Assembly: GCA_030248215.1 (NCBI GenBank)
Contig: JASANG010003092.1
Location: 806,001 to 870,000, forward strand
Length of the DNA: 64,000 nucleotides
Direction: 5' to 3'
Source: Enoplolaimus lenunculus
Taxonomy: Eukaryota
Shown: piece by piece, positions 1 to 11,431 of the stretch
How positions within the stretch are numbered: position 1 is the first letter of the stretch
Layout: every line of letters begins with the position of its first letter
Notes under the pieces: model-generated
Told to the model about the DNA's origin: nothing
The model's input: only the letters and a program-made list of their open reading frames with translations
The model's database searches: none
Translations under genes and position numbers: made by a program

Positions 1-317
1 AACCGTTTGAAATTTTATAAACCGTTGTAGTCGGCGACCGTGTTCGTGACTACATTATCATATCACTTCATTTATATTTATGAATTTTTTTAAAGAGTTT
101 GAATAGTATAATATCGTTTCGGATATATTTGATTTGTGGAACACAACAACTTTCAAAAACATGGCCTTTCCCAAATTTGTTGACCAACGGCAAAGTGTAA
201 TTAACTGTCATAGGACCCAGTTAAGCTTTTAGTCCACCCGTGCCTTGAATGCATTTTAAACATAAAATGTTGCCGACAAGAGTTGGCGCATGTTAGCGGT
301 AATTTTCTATTGTTTAG

Positions 318-745
318 CATGGATTTGGCCCTTTTCAACCAATTGTTCCTAGGCGCCTGGCAAGGGATGGTAAAATTTAATGATGGTGAAATGGACAGAC
401 GAGGTCTTGTTAATTATAAGGGCAGGCCTAAAATAGAAAACAGGCGAACGGGCGGTATTATACATACGGGGACTTTCAGGCTTACGCCTAGAATTAGGAT
501 TAGGCTTGTGTTTAAGCTTTGGTGTTGGTTTAGGCTGAGTTAAGGCTTTATATTTAGGCTTATGCTTAATAAGCAGGTCCTTATTGTAAATCTGGGCAGA
601 TAGGGCCGTGAATAAACGTATCGCAAGTGCATGTTGTTGCGTGACATTGTTTGCAAAATACATTTCAGCTTACCGCGAATTGATACTTGCGCCGCAAATG
701 CTAGCAACAGTAATGCAGGGCGAAATACACCCCGTTGTCTTGTAG
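318..745 (+). CDS. Possible 3' exons of an unidentified gene entering from the left (318-369, 669-745)
   Basis: Splice signals tttag|...G|gtaaaa and tttcag|CT... are phase-compatible and read HGFGPFQPIVPRRLARD-AYRELILAPQMLATVMQGEIHPVVL*. AATAAA lies at 765-770. No recognisable family. Confidence 0.4.
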
Positions 746-810
746 TCATTAGAAAATTTTGCGTAATAAATGATTTTAAATAAGATACTGAAAATTTTAC
801 ACCTATACCT

Positions 811-1066
811 ATTGCAAGCATATGAGACATGCTTGGCCGTGTGGATATGCAACTGCATTGCACTATATAGTATGCTTTCAGGCGGCATACGGTTAACATA
901 TAGTCGAAGATAGAACCAGTTAGAGGGACGGGCTGCGTGGCGCAGTGCTACAGTGCTTGCTTTGGAATCCTAAGGGCGCTAGTTCGAGGTCCACTATGTA
1001 TGACCGCTATTCCAGATGCTTAGTTAAAAAGGTATGATGTCCCAGCTCCTACTTAGACTGACACCG
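811..1066 (+). repeat. Dispersed repeat with hairpin leader and internal tRNA-like module (copies 29312-29572 minus, 61721-61933, 62358-62590)
   Basis: Shared AAGCATGT-GAG-ACATGCTT hairpin and GTCGAC-ACATATA-GTCGAC motif (both degenerate in this copy), then GGGCTRCGTGGCGCAGTG..GTTCGA, ending TAGACTGACAC. Confidence 0.75.
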
Positions 1067-1306
1067 ATGTAACGATATATAGACAGCTAAGCTTATTTTG
1101 CAGCCTGGACCATATTATCGAATTTGTGTTGCACTTATCACCAATTAACGATAGGTCATGTACAAATTGCAAATCAGTGAATGATGAGTTTCGAAATTTA
1201 GGACATTTTTTGCATTTGATTTGCTATACTTGAGTATCAATTTTGAGAACCCCAATTGAAGAGTTCGTCAGTTTGAAAACGTATCTCTAACAGGTTATAG
1301 GAGCTA

Positions 1307-1732
1307 CTGTAGTGACCCAAATAAGAAGGGTTAATAAGAGGGGGTCCCCATTTTGAGTCGCAATCAATAAGAGTCTGTATCCCTAATAAGAATCCTTAAG
1401 CTGATAGAGTCCCCAAACCCTAATTAGAGTCCATAAATGTCAATTAACTCAAATGGTAGTGCATAAGTGACGCCAGTACCAAATAAAGTTGAGTTCGATA
1501 TTTTAACGCGTTTTAAAAGTACATTCCTCATTATAGCCTTGCATTATCGCTCAAGCATTTGATACAAGACAAATAAACGTTTAATTCAACTAATAGTTGC
1601 AATACCGGATAAATATCAGTAACCAGTGCATGGCGGATTAAAACAAATTACAGTCCGTAACCGGATAACATAAGTGAATTCTCTAGAGAGGCCAAATGAA
1701 TATTAGTCCCCCTCTGATTCGGGCGACTACGG
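1307..1732. mobile_element. ~430-450-bp TA-TSD MITE (Tc1/mariner-type) nested in an older Harbinger-like MITE (~1103-1764)
   Basis: TA|CTGTAGTGACCC...GGGCGACTACGG|TA. The body is homologous to 14511-14956 and 23236-23687, and the flanks are homologous to 9447-9650. Confidence 0.8.
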
Positions 1733-3008
1733 TAGTAAAACTCATTTGTGAATATGGTTCCAGGAACAATAACCGCATATTTAAGCTATTAAGTATCGGT
1801 GATGTTGAACTAAACTATGGAACAAATGAAGAATCCCTGCTGTGTCACTCTTCCCCCCAACTTTCCTAATTTTCAGATTTAGGAATGAACTTAAAATTAG
1901 GCCTTAGGCCTACACTTAAGCTCAACCTGAACAGGAACACATACATAAATTATGTCATAAAGCTTCAAAATGTACATTTTCACCAAACCAAAACCTTTTT
2001 TAATATGCAAACCAGCTCTCGATATCCATCTGGTTCTGTAATATTTTACGCATATCTTTTAAGAAAATTAAATTATTTTGCATTGTGCTATAAGTTGAAA
2101 TATTTTTAAAATTTCAGGCTAAAAATCTACATCTGGCAGGCGAACCCTGTTTTGCGTTCGTAAGAATAGTTTTAGCAAAAATTACTGCACAAAGTATCAC
2201 AACATCGACAAAATAAAGCTTAGAAAAGTTTAAAAGATCTAAAGTAGCATCTGGTTTGCGGGATAAACAGTCTTGAAGTGTTAAAACTAAACAGTGTAAC
2301 CAAGTATCAAAACAAACTTCTAATCGGGCATTTAGCTAAGGGAGGCCAGCTGGCTCCCCCCCCCCCCCCCGGAAGAATTTTTGCACCCCTGAATAAGTTT
2401 CAACATTAATGTAAGTCATCGAAAACCCTTGTATGCCCCTCCTGAAAATTTTTAGCCCTTCCTATCAAGTTGACCTAGATGTGGGCCTGCTTCCAATGAC
2501 GCAAACACTACTTAGAGCGCTATCATAACATGGAACAAAATGTGGAAGTAGTCCACTAAATACTTGTGTCCAAATAATGAGGTGAATTTTGAGAAACTCA
2601 AATGAGAAATACAAGTTTAGCGAAAATACTATGCTTTTTTACACCTTTGACAATATTAACGCTTCGGTAAGGCTTAGCCTCAGCTCCAATGCTTATTTTT
2701 TCTATGTGGTTTGGGAGTTTCCCTTATGGTCGTAAAGTAAAAATGTGGTGAACCAAATACTGTTCTCATTAGAGAGCTGGTTTGATGCAAATGTAACTGC
2801 TCAGCCTCTTTGGCTGACCCAATGCTCTGGCAGATATGTGCCATGTCAGCACTCGGCACCGCTTTGCTGGCGATGCCAATAATGTGCAAGGACCACCGAG
2901 GTCATAGCTTTCTCAACGAAAATAAAATCTAAACCTTTATATTAAGTTTGAGCTCTAAAATTGTGTTTGGTGTGTGGCTCGCCTCATGTGGCCCTTTACA
3001 AATTTTTG

Positions 3009-3234
3009 GACCCATGTATAGAACAGGGCCGGAACAGTAGTATAAGCATATTCCTAAGCCTAAGCCTAAGCCTAAGCCTAAGCGTATGGATGAGTCTATT
3101 CCTAAGCCTAAGCCTAAGCGTATGGATGAGTCTATTCCTAAGCCTAAGCCTAAGCAAAAAATTAGTCTAAAGCTTAAACTGACTCTATTACAGCCCCTCC
3201 GGAAAACGATCCGGCCCTGTTCTATACATTAGCC
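3009..3234. mobile_element. TTAGGC-carrying MITE, TATAGAACAGGGCCGG TIR subtype
   Basis: TIR CATGTATAGAACAGGGCCGG / CCGGCCCTGTTCTATACATT. GCCTAA runs with an internal duplication. Confidence 0.8.
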
Positions 3235-3500
3235 AAGTTTTCGATCCTTAGTTACTTTTCCTTGCCTTTAAATATTACTAGATTGATAAAATTAGGCAAT
3301 TATCAGTAGAATTTCATTTCATTTGTTTGAGATGAAATTATACATTCGTTATTCGAATTTTGCAAAAAATTCTTTTTGTAGAAATATTTAAGTCAATCTT
3401 AAGGTTTTTGTTGCTGTATTTCAACATAGATAGAAAGTTTTGTTGCCTATACTTGTTTGGTTTGAAGTCTACTGTAACTACATTTCATCGTTGTTTCACA

Positions 3501-6500
3501 ATGGCAGCTGTGTTGTTCGAAGATATTAAAGAAAATGTAAGAGTTGAAATAGTATATTTTGTTGAATTCTAATCATTCAACTGGCCCATGTAAAGATTGC
3601 GGGCGGAACGTTTTTTCGGTGCACCTGCAATGGAGTACGCTTAGTCCTTAGACTAATTTTTTGCTTAGCTTAGGCTTAGGCTTAGGCTTAGGAATATACT
3701 CATTCTTACGCTTAGGCTTAGGAATATGCTCATTCTTACGCTTACGCTTAGGCTAAGGCTTATGCCTATGCCTATAATACTGTTCCGCCCCTGTTTTTTA
3801 TTGGCCATTCAACTTTTATAGCAATAAGGCTTGTAACTTTTGCTTCCAAATATTAATTAGTAAATATTATAAAGACCTTCACTGTTACAATCAAGCAATA
3901 ATGTTTCTAAAAGTATGATTTAAAAACTTTCTCACAATCATTTGTGGCAGAGCATCAGGTCAAAAAATGCTTAGCAACAAATAGACTTTCTAGCTGGTAT
4001 ACATATTGTCTAACGGTATCTTTTTTCGGTTTAAAAGTGTACTTTTGTAAAGTCAAATTCACAAAATGTAGTTTAATTATGAATAAAATGAATGCTGAAA
4101 CCAAGAAATAAGACCTCAGAGCTTTTACTAAACTAAAATAGTGAGATGTGTTAAACATATTTCGGTCGTACCTCAACAATACAGAAAAGTGCAATTTCTT
4201 ACAATGAGTTTTTTTATTAGAAAATATTTATTCTGTAAAACGCTTTTATATTTAAACCAGGAAGACTGAAGTGCCGAGTTTTTTTCCGTAATGGATTGCG
4301 TTGTAGGTGCGAATATACCGCAACAGTACTTAATAACGCGGCTGACTTAACTAAAGTTAAATTCGGATATCCAGGCCGCTTCTCGTTCCTGTTCTTTGAC
4401 GAAATTTATAAAAAGATACGAATGCGCTCGGTTGACCTGATCATGCCTGATAAATATAATATTTAATTTCACATTTTATAGATTCGAAGCGAACTTCATG
4501 ACGAGTCTCGTTACATTGGCCGAACATTTGCAAAAATTGAAAAGACAACCAATGTAAAACGTGAACATGTCGCGTATGGAGCGATGTCATTGTTGGCGTT
4601 GTATTTGCTTGTTGGACACTCGGCGCAGTTGGTTTGTAATATGATCGGATATTTGTATCCGGCATATTGTTCAAGTAAGAGGCGTATGTAAAGATCATGG
4701 GCGGAACGTTTTTCTGTGCGACTGCAATAGCGTAAGCTTTAGCGTTGTACAGTTTTTTTGCTTAGGCTTAGGCTTAAGCTTAGGTATAAGATCATTCTTA
4801 TGCTTAACTTAAGGATAGGAATATATTTCATAGTACTGTTACTGTCCTGTTCTATACATTGTCCCGGAATCGTACAATGTTAACGTTAGAGTCCGTTTGA
4901 TTAATAAACTTCCGGCATTCTTACGGCAAGATGAATCAAGGAATATAACTTTTGGCGAAAATTTATTTTGGAATATTAGGACTCAGCTTAACCTCGGGAT
5001 TGTAATATTATGCGTTTGCCCTTTGTTCCGAATAATTTTTTTCCGATGTTTCCAACTAAAACATTCCGAGAAAATTTGTTTCGATATTTGATGCTAATTA
5101 ACACTGTGATCGATTTTAAGTGAAGGCTCTGCGATCGCTAAACAAGGACGACGATACGCAATGGTTGACCTACTGGACAATTTTTGGCCTGTTTTCGTTG
5201 GTCGATTTTGCATCCGAAACCATAATGGGGTAATGTATTTTGGCAATATTCATCGTAGTCATTACCGCTTTTTTCGGCCCTTCTTCGGTAGGAAGGATAA
5301 AATCAGGGAACATGAATTTTGCGAACAGTTTGAGATTTAACTGTGCTTTAGCTCAACTTGGAGAAAAGTATACATTTAATTGTGTTAAAATGAAGATTTT
5401 CATTGATAATTTGTTTGGCTGCCTTTAACTTTGGGCAAAACTTAGAACAGGGGTCATGCAGACCGCGTTGTTCCAAAGTGGTGGTCTCACCGAGATGGGC
5501 GGTCCCGGACGACCGCCTGTAAAAAGAGGGATGTCGGTATTTATTTATTTATTTAATTATTGTTAAGCAAAAATGTAATTAATACGTGAAGTACAATTTA
5601 TAATACATATTTTACAAAAAAATCAAATAATAGTAAATTCAACAAGCCTAACAATGTTTTCGGATAAAAGGGGGTAAAGCCGATTTATATTTATCCTATC
5701 ACATTCACAGTAGTACTAAGTTGGTCTACTTAAACGTAAAGGTTTTTAAATTTACAAAACTGAGATAAGTCAATTTTAAAATTTCACAAAAAGTAATTGT
5801 GTTTGTAGCAGTGGGCAATGTATGTCTATGCAAAGCAAAAAGGTTATATGACATGTGCACATATACCGGTATATGAAGTTGTTGCAATGACCACATGGTG
5901 TCGTGGTAGCATGCTTGGCTCCTGCGCAAGAGGGCCGAGATTCGATTCCCGGCGTTGTCCTTAACTTTGCGCAACAGTTCGAACAGGGGTCGTGCAGACC
6001 GTATAGTACCAACAATCCGCGCGGCTCTAACGGTATTTATATCTTAACCCTTGAAGAAAAGTTTTTTGATTTTTCGCTAGTGGGTTCCAAACTTACGAAA
6101 TAAGCAAAATAGAACATTTTTTAGTATTACGATCAATTTATAAGTTTTTGGAATCCGCGCGTCAAACTGAGCATGAATATTTTGCAGAAATCATGTTCCC
6201 TGATTTTTTACTAGGGATGTAGCCAGGATTTCAAGTCGAGAGAGTATAATATCACGGGCCCATGTTACTTTCAGGGGCGTCCATGTTTCTGGTGGGTCCA
6301 CTAAAGGTTTTTGCTTAGGCTTAGGCTTAGACTTAGGCTTAGGCTTAGGCTTAGGGGTTTAGGCTTAGGCTTACGGGCTTAGGCTTAGGTTTAGGACCAC
6401 ATTTTTGCAACGCTTAGGCTCAGGCTTAAGCTTAGGCTATGGACTACGCTGAATCTACTGTTACGCCCCTTAAAGTAACTGGCCACATCATGTATAGGAA

Positions 6501-9500
6501 TAGTTTTGTTGACGTCTATAATCCAGAATACTATTCTAAAGCTTGTTAAAAGTGATTTTACTAGTCATGTTTCGACACCGTCTGTCAAAGGAGTGCTGAA
6601 AAATAGTTGAAAAGCAATTTTGACCATAGTTCACACATATCGTTTAAAACGGGCAATTTCTGAAATTGTTTATTTTTACCTAATCTGATCGTTGTATTGC
6701 TGCTAAGGTACACTTATTTTTCCATTTGCTTCCAACTTATCTATGGATGCATACCACAAATCTTAAGGCATTTTCGTAGTAACCGACACGCTCGAAAAGT
6801 CTGACAGAAAAAATGGTCCACGTATAGCTGTGTTCCTAACAGTAGTATATTAAGCATATTCCGAACTCTAGGCGTCCAAGCGTATAACTATCCCTTGGCT
6901 TACGCTTTATGCCTAGCTCAAAACCTTTCCACTGTGGGGGGAAAGCTACAAATGTGCCGAATTTTGTTGACCTTTTAACAATCATTCTTGGAGGTTTAGG
7001 ACATATGATTTTAAATAGAGACGATTGGTAAGTTCCTAAATTTAACAGTTGGAAGTTGACTGACAATTTTCACAATTCAGGTATTACCCGCTGTACTGGT
7101 TGAGTAAAGCACTATGGTTTGGTTATTTGATGGCGCCGTCGACCCGCGGCGCAGCCAAGCTATGGGCATCGCGCATTGAACCGCTATTTGCTCGTTATTT
7201 TGATGAATCTCAATAAAAAACAATGTACGTATATTTTTAATAGTATAGTTTTGCACTTAATATGCTCATCTTGAAGCAAATCAAATTTTTAAGAGGATCT
7301 ATATCATCATACGGCATTTAGTACGAATAATTATCAGCACTAGTGGCGGATACATAAAGTTCTTCTACAGGAGACACGAATAGTAGAAAAACTACGCAAA
7401 TTAAACGAATATACAACTCTATACTATTGTAGTTCTAAGCATAAATATAAAACCTTCGTTCTGATTCCTGTTCGGGGTATTGGATGGCGTGGACCCTCTC
7501 CTCTGGATCCGCAAGTGCCGGCAACATATCTTACATTTCCATATTATTATTCATACAAGCTCCGGGGTGGTCTGCTACTAAATCGGCCCTCGCATTTTGA
7601 TATAAACAGCCTGAATCAACACTGACCATATATACAATTACACATGACTGCATAATGAGTATTTTGTGCAGGCGAGAGTTGTATAACATACTTGAAAACC
7701 TAAAATATTTGTTTTAAATAGCAAGCCAAATTTAGTTGTTAGCCTGGTAGATTACCAGCCGATTTTCGCATGAATTATAGCTGTTGAACTAAGCAATTCA
7801 TTGGTTTAAACTATTAAGGTTGATACAGATTCCGTAAACATTTGAAACTTTGTATACGTACCGTTCTACATATTGTCAATGTGTAAACTCAAACTCATTT
7901 GTGTTAAGCTTGGCTGCGCCGCGGGCCCAAACCACACATGAATTTAATATTTCCAATGTCCAAAACATTAGAACTATTTCCCCCCTCCGGAAGTTGGCAC
8001 TTTTGGCTGTAAACGTACGTAATATGTACCATAACAAATATATCTAATTTTAGATGGTTCCCGTTATACTGGTTAGGCAAATGCATCTTATGCATATATT
8101 TGTATCATCCTCACACTCAAGGCGCTCGTAAAATATGGACCCGAACTGTCGGACCATTGTTTGAAAAATATCAAAGCCGAATTGATGCCGCCGCTGCTGA
8201 GGTACTTGTTTTTGACAAGTTTACATTTTTTATTTTTGAATTTTAAAATTTTACAAACTTCAAACCCTGTAGCGTTCTAAATTCTAAAAGAAAACTAGAA
8301 AATTCAAATTTTAATAGAAAACTAGAAAATATAATGGGCTCTGTTACTGGTTTCAAAAACATCATTACTCTGCTACATGGTTACAGCCTTCCGTGCAGCC
8401 TGTAATTTTAGTAGTTTTAAAGGTAAAGGATATTTTTGTGGCGGTGTAGTGAAAGATTGAATCGTGCTACCCGCCGATTTCAATTTCGACCCTTAAGACC
8501 CGCAACTCATTTCCAACCCTAGCTATAACACGTGTGGTTTAGCCAAGCTGTCCCAATACTAAACTAAAGTACCACTGCTATTGTTTGTGGCTGCCCGTTG
8601 ACCTTTTGGTTTATTATTGGTTTAGATGACCGCTCCACCTCCACAAGCATTTCCTGGCCAAATTACCGAACAAGAGCAATACCAAGGTGATCAGGTATAA
8701 ATCACAACTTTCAGCTCTTATACATTTTTATCCACACTTTATATTAAAAATTAGGCTTAGGCTTGTGAAAACACTTGAGGCTTACGAGTCACCAGACGTA
8801 CGCCTTTTTCTAACCCTAAGTCTAAAGTTATGGACTAAATGTTGGACACTTTTAGGCTTAGGCTTGTGCAAACACTTAAGGCTTACGCATCACTAGAGGC
8901 CCACCGTTTTCTAACCTAAATCTAAACTTACGGACTAAATGTTAGACACTTATTAAAAATTAGGCTTAGGCTTATGCAAACACTTGAGGCTCACGCGTCG
9001 CCAGAAGCACACCTTTTTCTAACTCTAAGTCTAAAAAGTTATGGACTAAATGTTGGACACTTTTAGGCTTAGGCTTGCGCAAACACTTAAGGCTCACGCA
9101 TCACTAGAGGCCCACCTTTTTTTAACCTAAATCTAAACTTATGGACTAAATGTTGGACACTTTATATTAAAAATTTGACCTTTTTCTAACCCTAAATCTA
9201 TATTTATGGACTAAATGTTGGATGTGATGGTAAAGTCTACAAGAGTCCAAATCTCAATAACTGTAGATGTTCCGCAAAGTGACCTTCTCATTTTGAACCA
9301 ACCAATCATTGTAACTTGGTCCAATGGTCTACTGAAATTTAGCATACCACAATATTTTTTTAATTCAATTTGAACATGGACGTTAAAAGTTTCGTTATGA
9401 GCAATTCAAACAAACGTCTAGCATTACTAGTTTGGCTTTTATATAGAGCCCGTATTCTCAAATGTGAGTTGCACCTATCAATAGTTAATGATAGGTCCTG

Positions 9501-9957
9501 TAACTTTGGAAATTCAGCACATTGTTCGCCTTTGATTTGCCATATATACTTTTGTACCAATTTTGAGATCTGCAACTACAGATGTTCGTCAGTTTGAAAA
9601 CCTATCACTAATTGATGATAGGGTGCTATACGTATTTGAGAATACGGGCTTAGATTAGTAGAATCTACAGATGTAAAAAATTTCTTACTCGCTCATAAAA
9701 AATTATTACACGATACCCGATCGACATGAAATCCTATCGACGTCCCTGGATACAAGTGTCCGCTGCCTAACCAGAATAAAAAGTATTAATTTGCTTGCGT
9801 CTCATTGGTTAAAAATTTAGTTTTAGTCATCTATTTTATTTTGATTTAGCTCTTCTACGACGCCAGGGTGCAAGCGTCAGTAGTCTTTTGAATTATATTT
9901 TGTTGTTTACAGGAACAACCAATGCCACCACCGCCAACTAATGAAGATTTTCAGTAG
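3501..9957 (+). CDS. yop-1: REEP5/DP1/YOP1 family ER-shaping protein, long isoform (~199 aa); exons 3501-3536, 4482-4674, 5121-5229, 8054-8201, 8626-8694, 9913-9957
   Basis: Spliced translation MAAVLFEDIKEN-IRSELHDE...[43 protein letters not shown]...-WFPLYWLGKC...GARKIW... carries the TB2/DP1/HVA22 signatures YPAY.S.KA and DDTQWLTYW. All introns are GT-AG and in phase. AATAAA at 9997-10002. Confidence 0.92.
3583..3806. mobile_element. TTAGGC-carrying MITE (GGCC termini, 8-bp TSD; Merlin-like)
   Basis: TIR GGCCCATGTAAAG..GGCGGAAC / GTTCCGCCCC..ATTGGCC. Perfect TSD ATTCAACT at 3575-3582 and 3807-3814. Internal TTAGGC runs. Confidence 0.85.
4681..4864. mobile_element. TTAGGC-carrying MITE directly after the donor of REEP5 exon 2
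   Basis: Same internal layout as 3583-3806, with degenerate hybrid TIRs. Confidence 0.7.
6257..6484. mobile_element. TTAGGC-carrying MITE, GTTACTTT TIR subtype, with the longest telomere-like tract
   Basis: TIR GGCCCATGTTACTTTCAGGGGCGT / ACGCCCCTTAAAGTAACTGGCC. About a dozen near-perfect TTAGGC units at ~6315-6395. Confidence 0.82.
7081..7216 (+). CDS. Alternative terminal exon 4a of the REEP5-like gene (short isoform ~157 aa)
   Basis: The acceptor aattcag| has the same phase as 8054. The exon encodes YYPLYWLSKALWFGYLMAPSTRGAAKLWASRIEPLFARYFDESQ*, homologous to exon 8054-8201. AATAAA at 7212-7217 overlaps the stop. Confidence 0.85.
8751..9222. repeat. Tandem array of ~103-108-bp units, each starting TTAGGCTTAGGC
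   Basis: Units start near 8751, 8853, 8960 and 9063, plus a partial fifth. Confidence 0.85.
9447..9650. mobile_element. PIF/Harbinger (Tourist)-like MITE
   Basis: 17-bp perfect TIR AGCCCGTATTCTCAAAT and 3-bp TSD TAG. Confidence 0.75.
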
Positions 9958-10714
9958 TTCACAATTGAAGAAAAAAAATCACATTTGTAATAGTTTAATA
10001 AACCTCGAAATAGAAACAGTTGAGAAACTATTAATGCTAAAGTTAAAACTATTCTAACACTGTCATAGATGTTTTTTAGTTTTTAAAGTAAACGACGTCA
10101 TAAAATTTATCAATTGTTACCATTTATCGCTGAACACGAGATTATTGTACATTTTTTCCACAATTTTTATAATTTCACATTTTTAGCCAACCTGAAGGCT
10201 AGAATTATGCTTATAGGTTCAAGACTTCGGCTTAGGCTTAAAGGCTTCTGCTTATAGGCTGAGGACTCGGCTTAACGTTTTGAAAAAGTTTAGTGCCGCA
10301 AGAGCCGAAACTGAGGTTCCGACTGTGTCAAGACATTAGTATAATTATTGATGCTGAACGAGTATGTCAGTTTCAAAACACCAATTCTTAATTAGCATTA
10401 ATACTCCAAAAATTGTAGAAATGTTTGAAAATATATTCTATTTTTGTTGTCGAACTAACTAATAATAAGAAGCGATAAAGTACACTGTTTGAACTGTTCA
10501 GATTTAGGCATAATTTAGGCTAGGGACAACTCTCAGCGTCTCGCGGACGCTTCCTCTATATTTCCGCTTTAGGCTTAAGGTTAAACTTTGACTTACGTTA
10601 GGAAATGTCTTATCTAAGCATAAGCCTATTGTCAGAACTGCACGGTCGGGGCGAATCCCTTCCTCGAAGTACTGTCAATATGCATGATTTTCGTCTTAAT
10701 TTCTCCGAAAGATA

Positions 10715-10787
10715 TGGCCACGCCGGGAATCGAACCTCGGACCTCTCGCTCGCGAGTCAAGCGCACTACCCATTACACCACGCGGCC
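10715..10787 (-). pseudogene. tRNA-like sequence (CGC at the anticodon position) inside a dispersed repeat; related copy 5889-5960 (+)
   Basis: 73 nt. Full 7-bp acceptor stem GGCCGCG/CGTGGCC plus A, A-box TGGTGTAATGG and B-box GGTTCGATTCC. The T-stem has 2 mismatches and the D-stem is weak, so it is probably not a functional tRNA. Confidence 0.6.
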
Positions 10788-11126
10788 GGTATCCTACTTT
10801 CCTCTGGTGGTATATGTGCACGAGTATGTATATGTCTTAACATTACACACTTTGCGCATACACAAGCCGCGTATACTCACACCTATGATGCTTTTGCCTA
10901 AGCTATTTATTAGCCTAAGCCTTGCAGTGAAAGTGTACAAGTGTCGCTTCGCCTTTAGACTTTAAAGTTCAGGCTAAGGCTTTAGGGTTGACTTGTAGAG
11001 AAGAAGTCGTTTTCAAGATAGTTTACTTTTAATTTATTCGTAGTCTCGATTACTACTTGTGCAACCGTCTTCTTCAGCATCGATATACGATGTATGCATG
11101 TCAACCAATGTACGTCACTTCGATAC

Positions 11127-11290
11127 CAGGCCCGTAGCCAGCTCACCTTGCTAGGGGGTTAAAAAAATTTTCAGGAGGGGTATTCAATGGTTTTCATATA
11201 GAGTTACAAGCAAGGTTGAAAATTCTCTAGGGGGCCGAAATTTTTCCAGGGGGGAGCTGAGCCCCCCTGCCCCCCTTGGCTACGGGTCCG
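11127..11290. mobile_element. ~165-bp hAT-type MITE, CAGGCCCGTAGCCAG family (other copies 2325-2489, 12616-12787, ~24209-24350, ~27090-27248, ~28660-28819, 36895-37046, ~37102-37259)
   Basis: CAG..CTG-type TIRs. 8-bp TSDs matching 7/8 at three copies (TTCGATAC/TTCGATAG, CTTCTAAT/CTTCCAAT, AAACAGTA/AAACAGCA). Confidence 0.8.
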
Positions 11291-11431
11291 TTCGATAGAT
11301 TTGCCATCGTAGCTCACCACACACTTAGGAAACTGTTCAAAACGACTAAGCTATGCTATTGACCAATTTTGCAAAGCATCTCGACGTCTCCTTGGAAACT
11401 TTACGCATACACATGTTACTATAAGGATTGG

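Noticed and set aside
2961..3170. LSLSLS / LRLRL / KPKP ORFs here and at 283, 349, 25072, 42382, 45329 and 48304
   Set aside because: These are translations of TTAGGC/GCCTAA repeats.
6315..6440. True telomere or chromosome fusion/healing site
   Set aside because: The tract is short, degenerate and enclosed by MITE TIRs within an intron.
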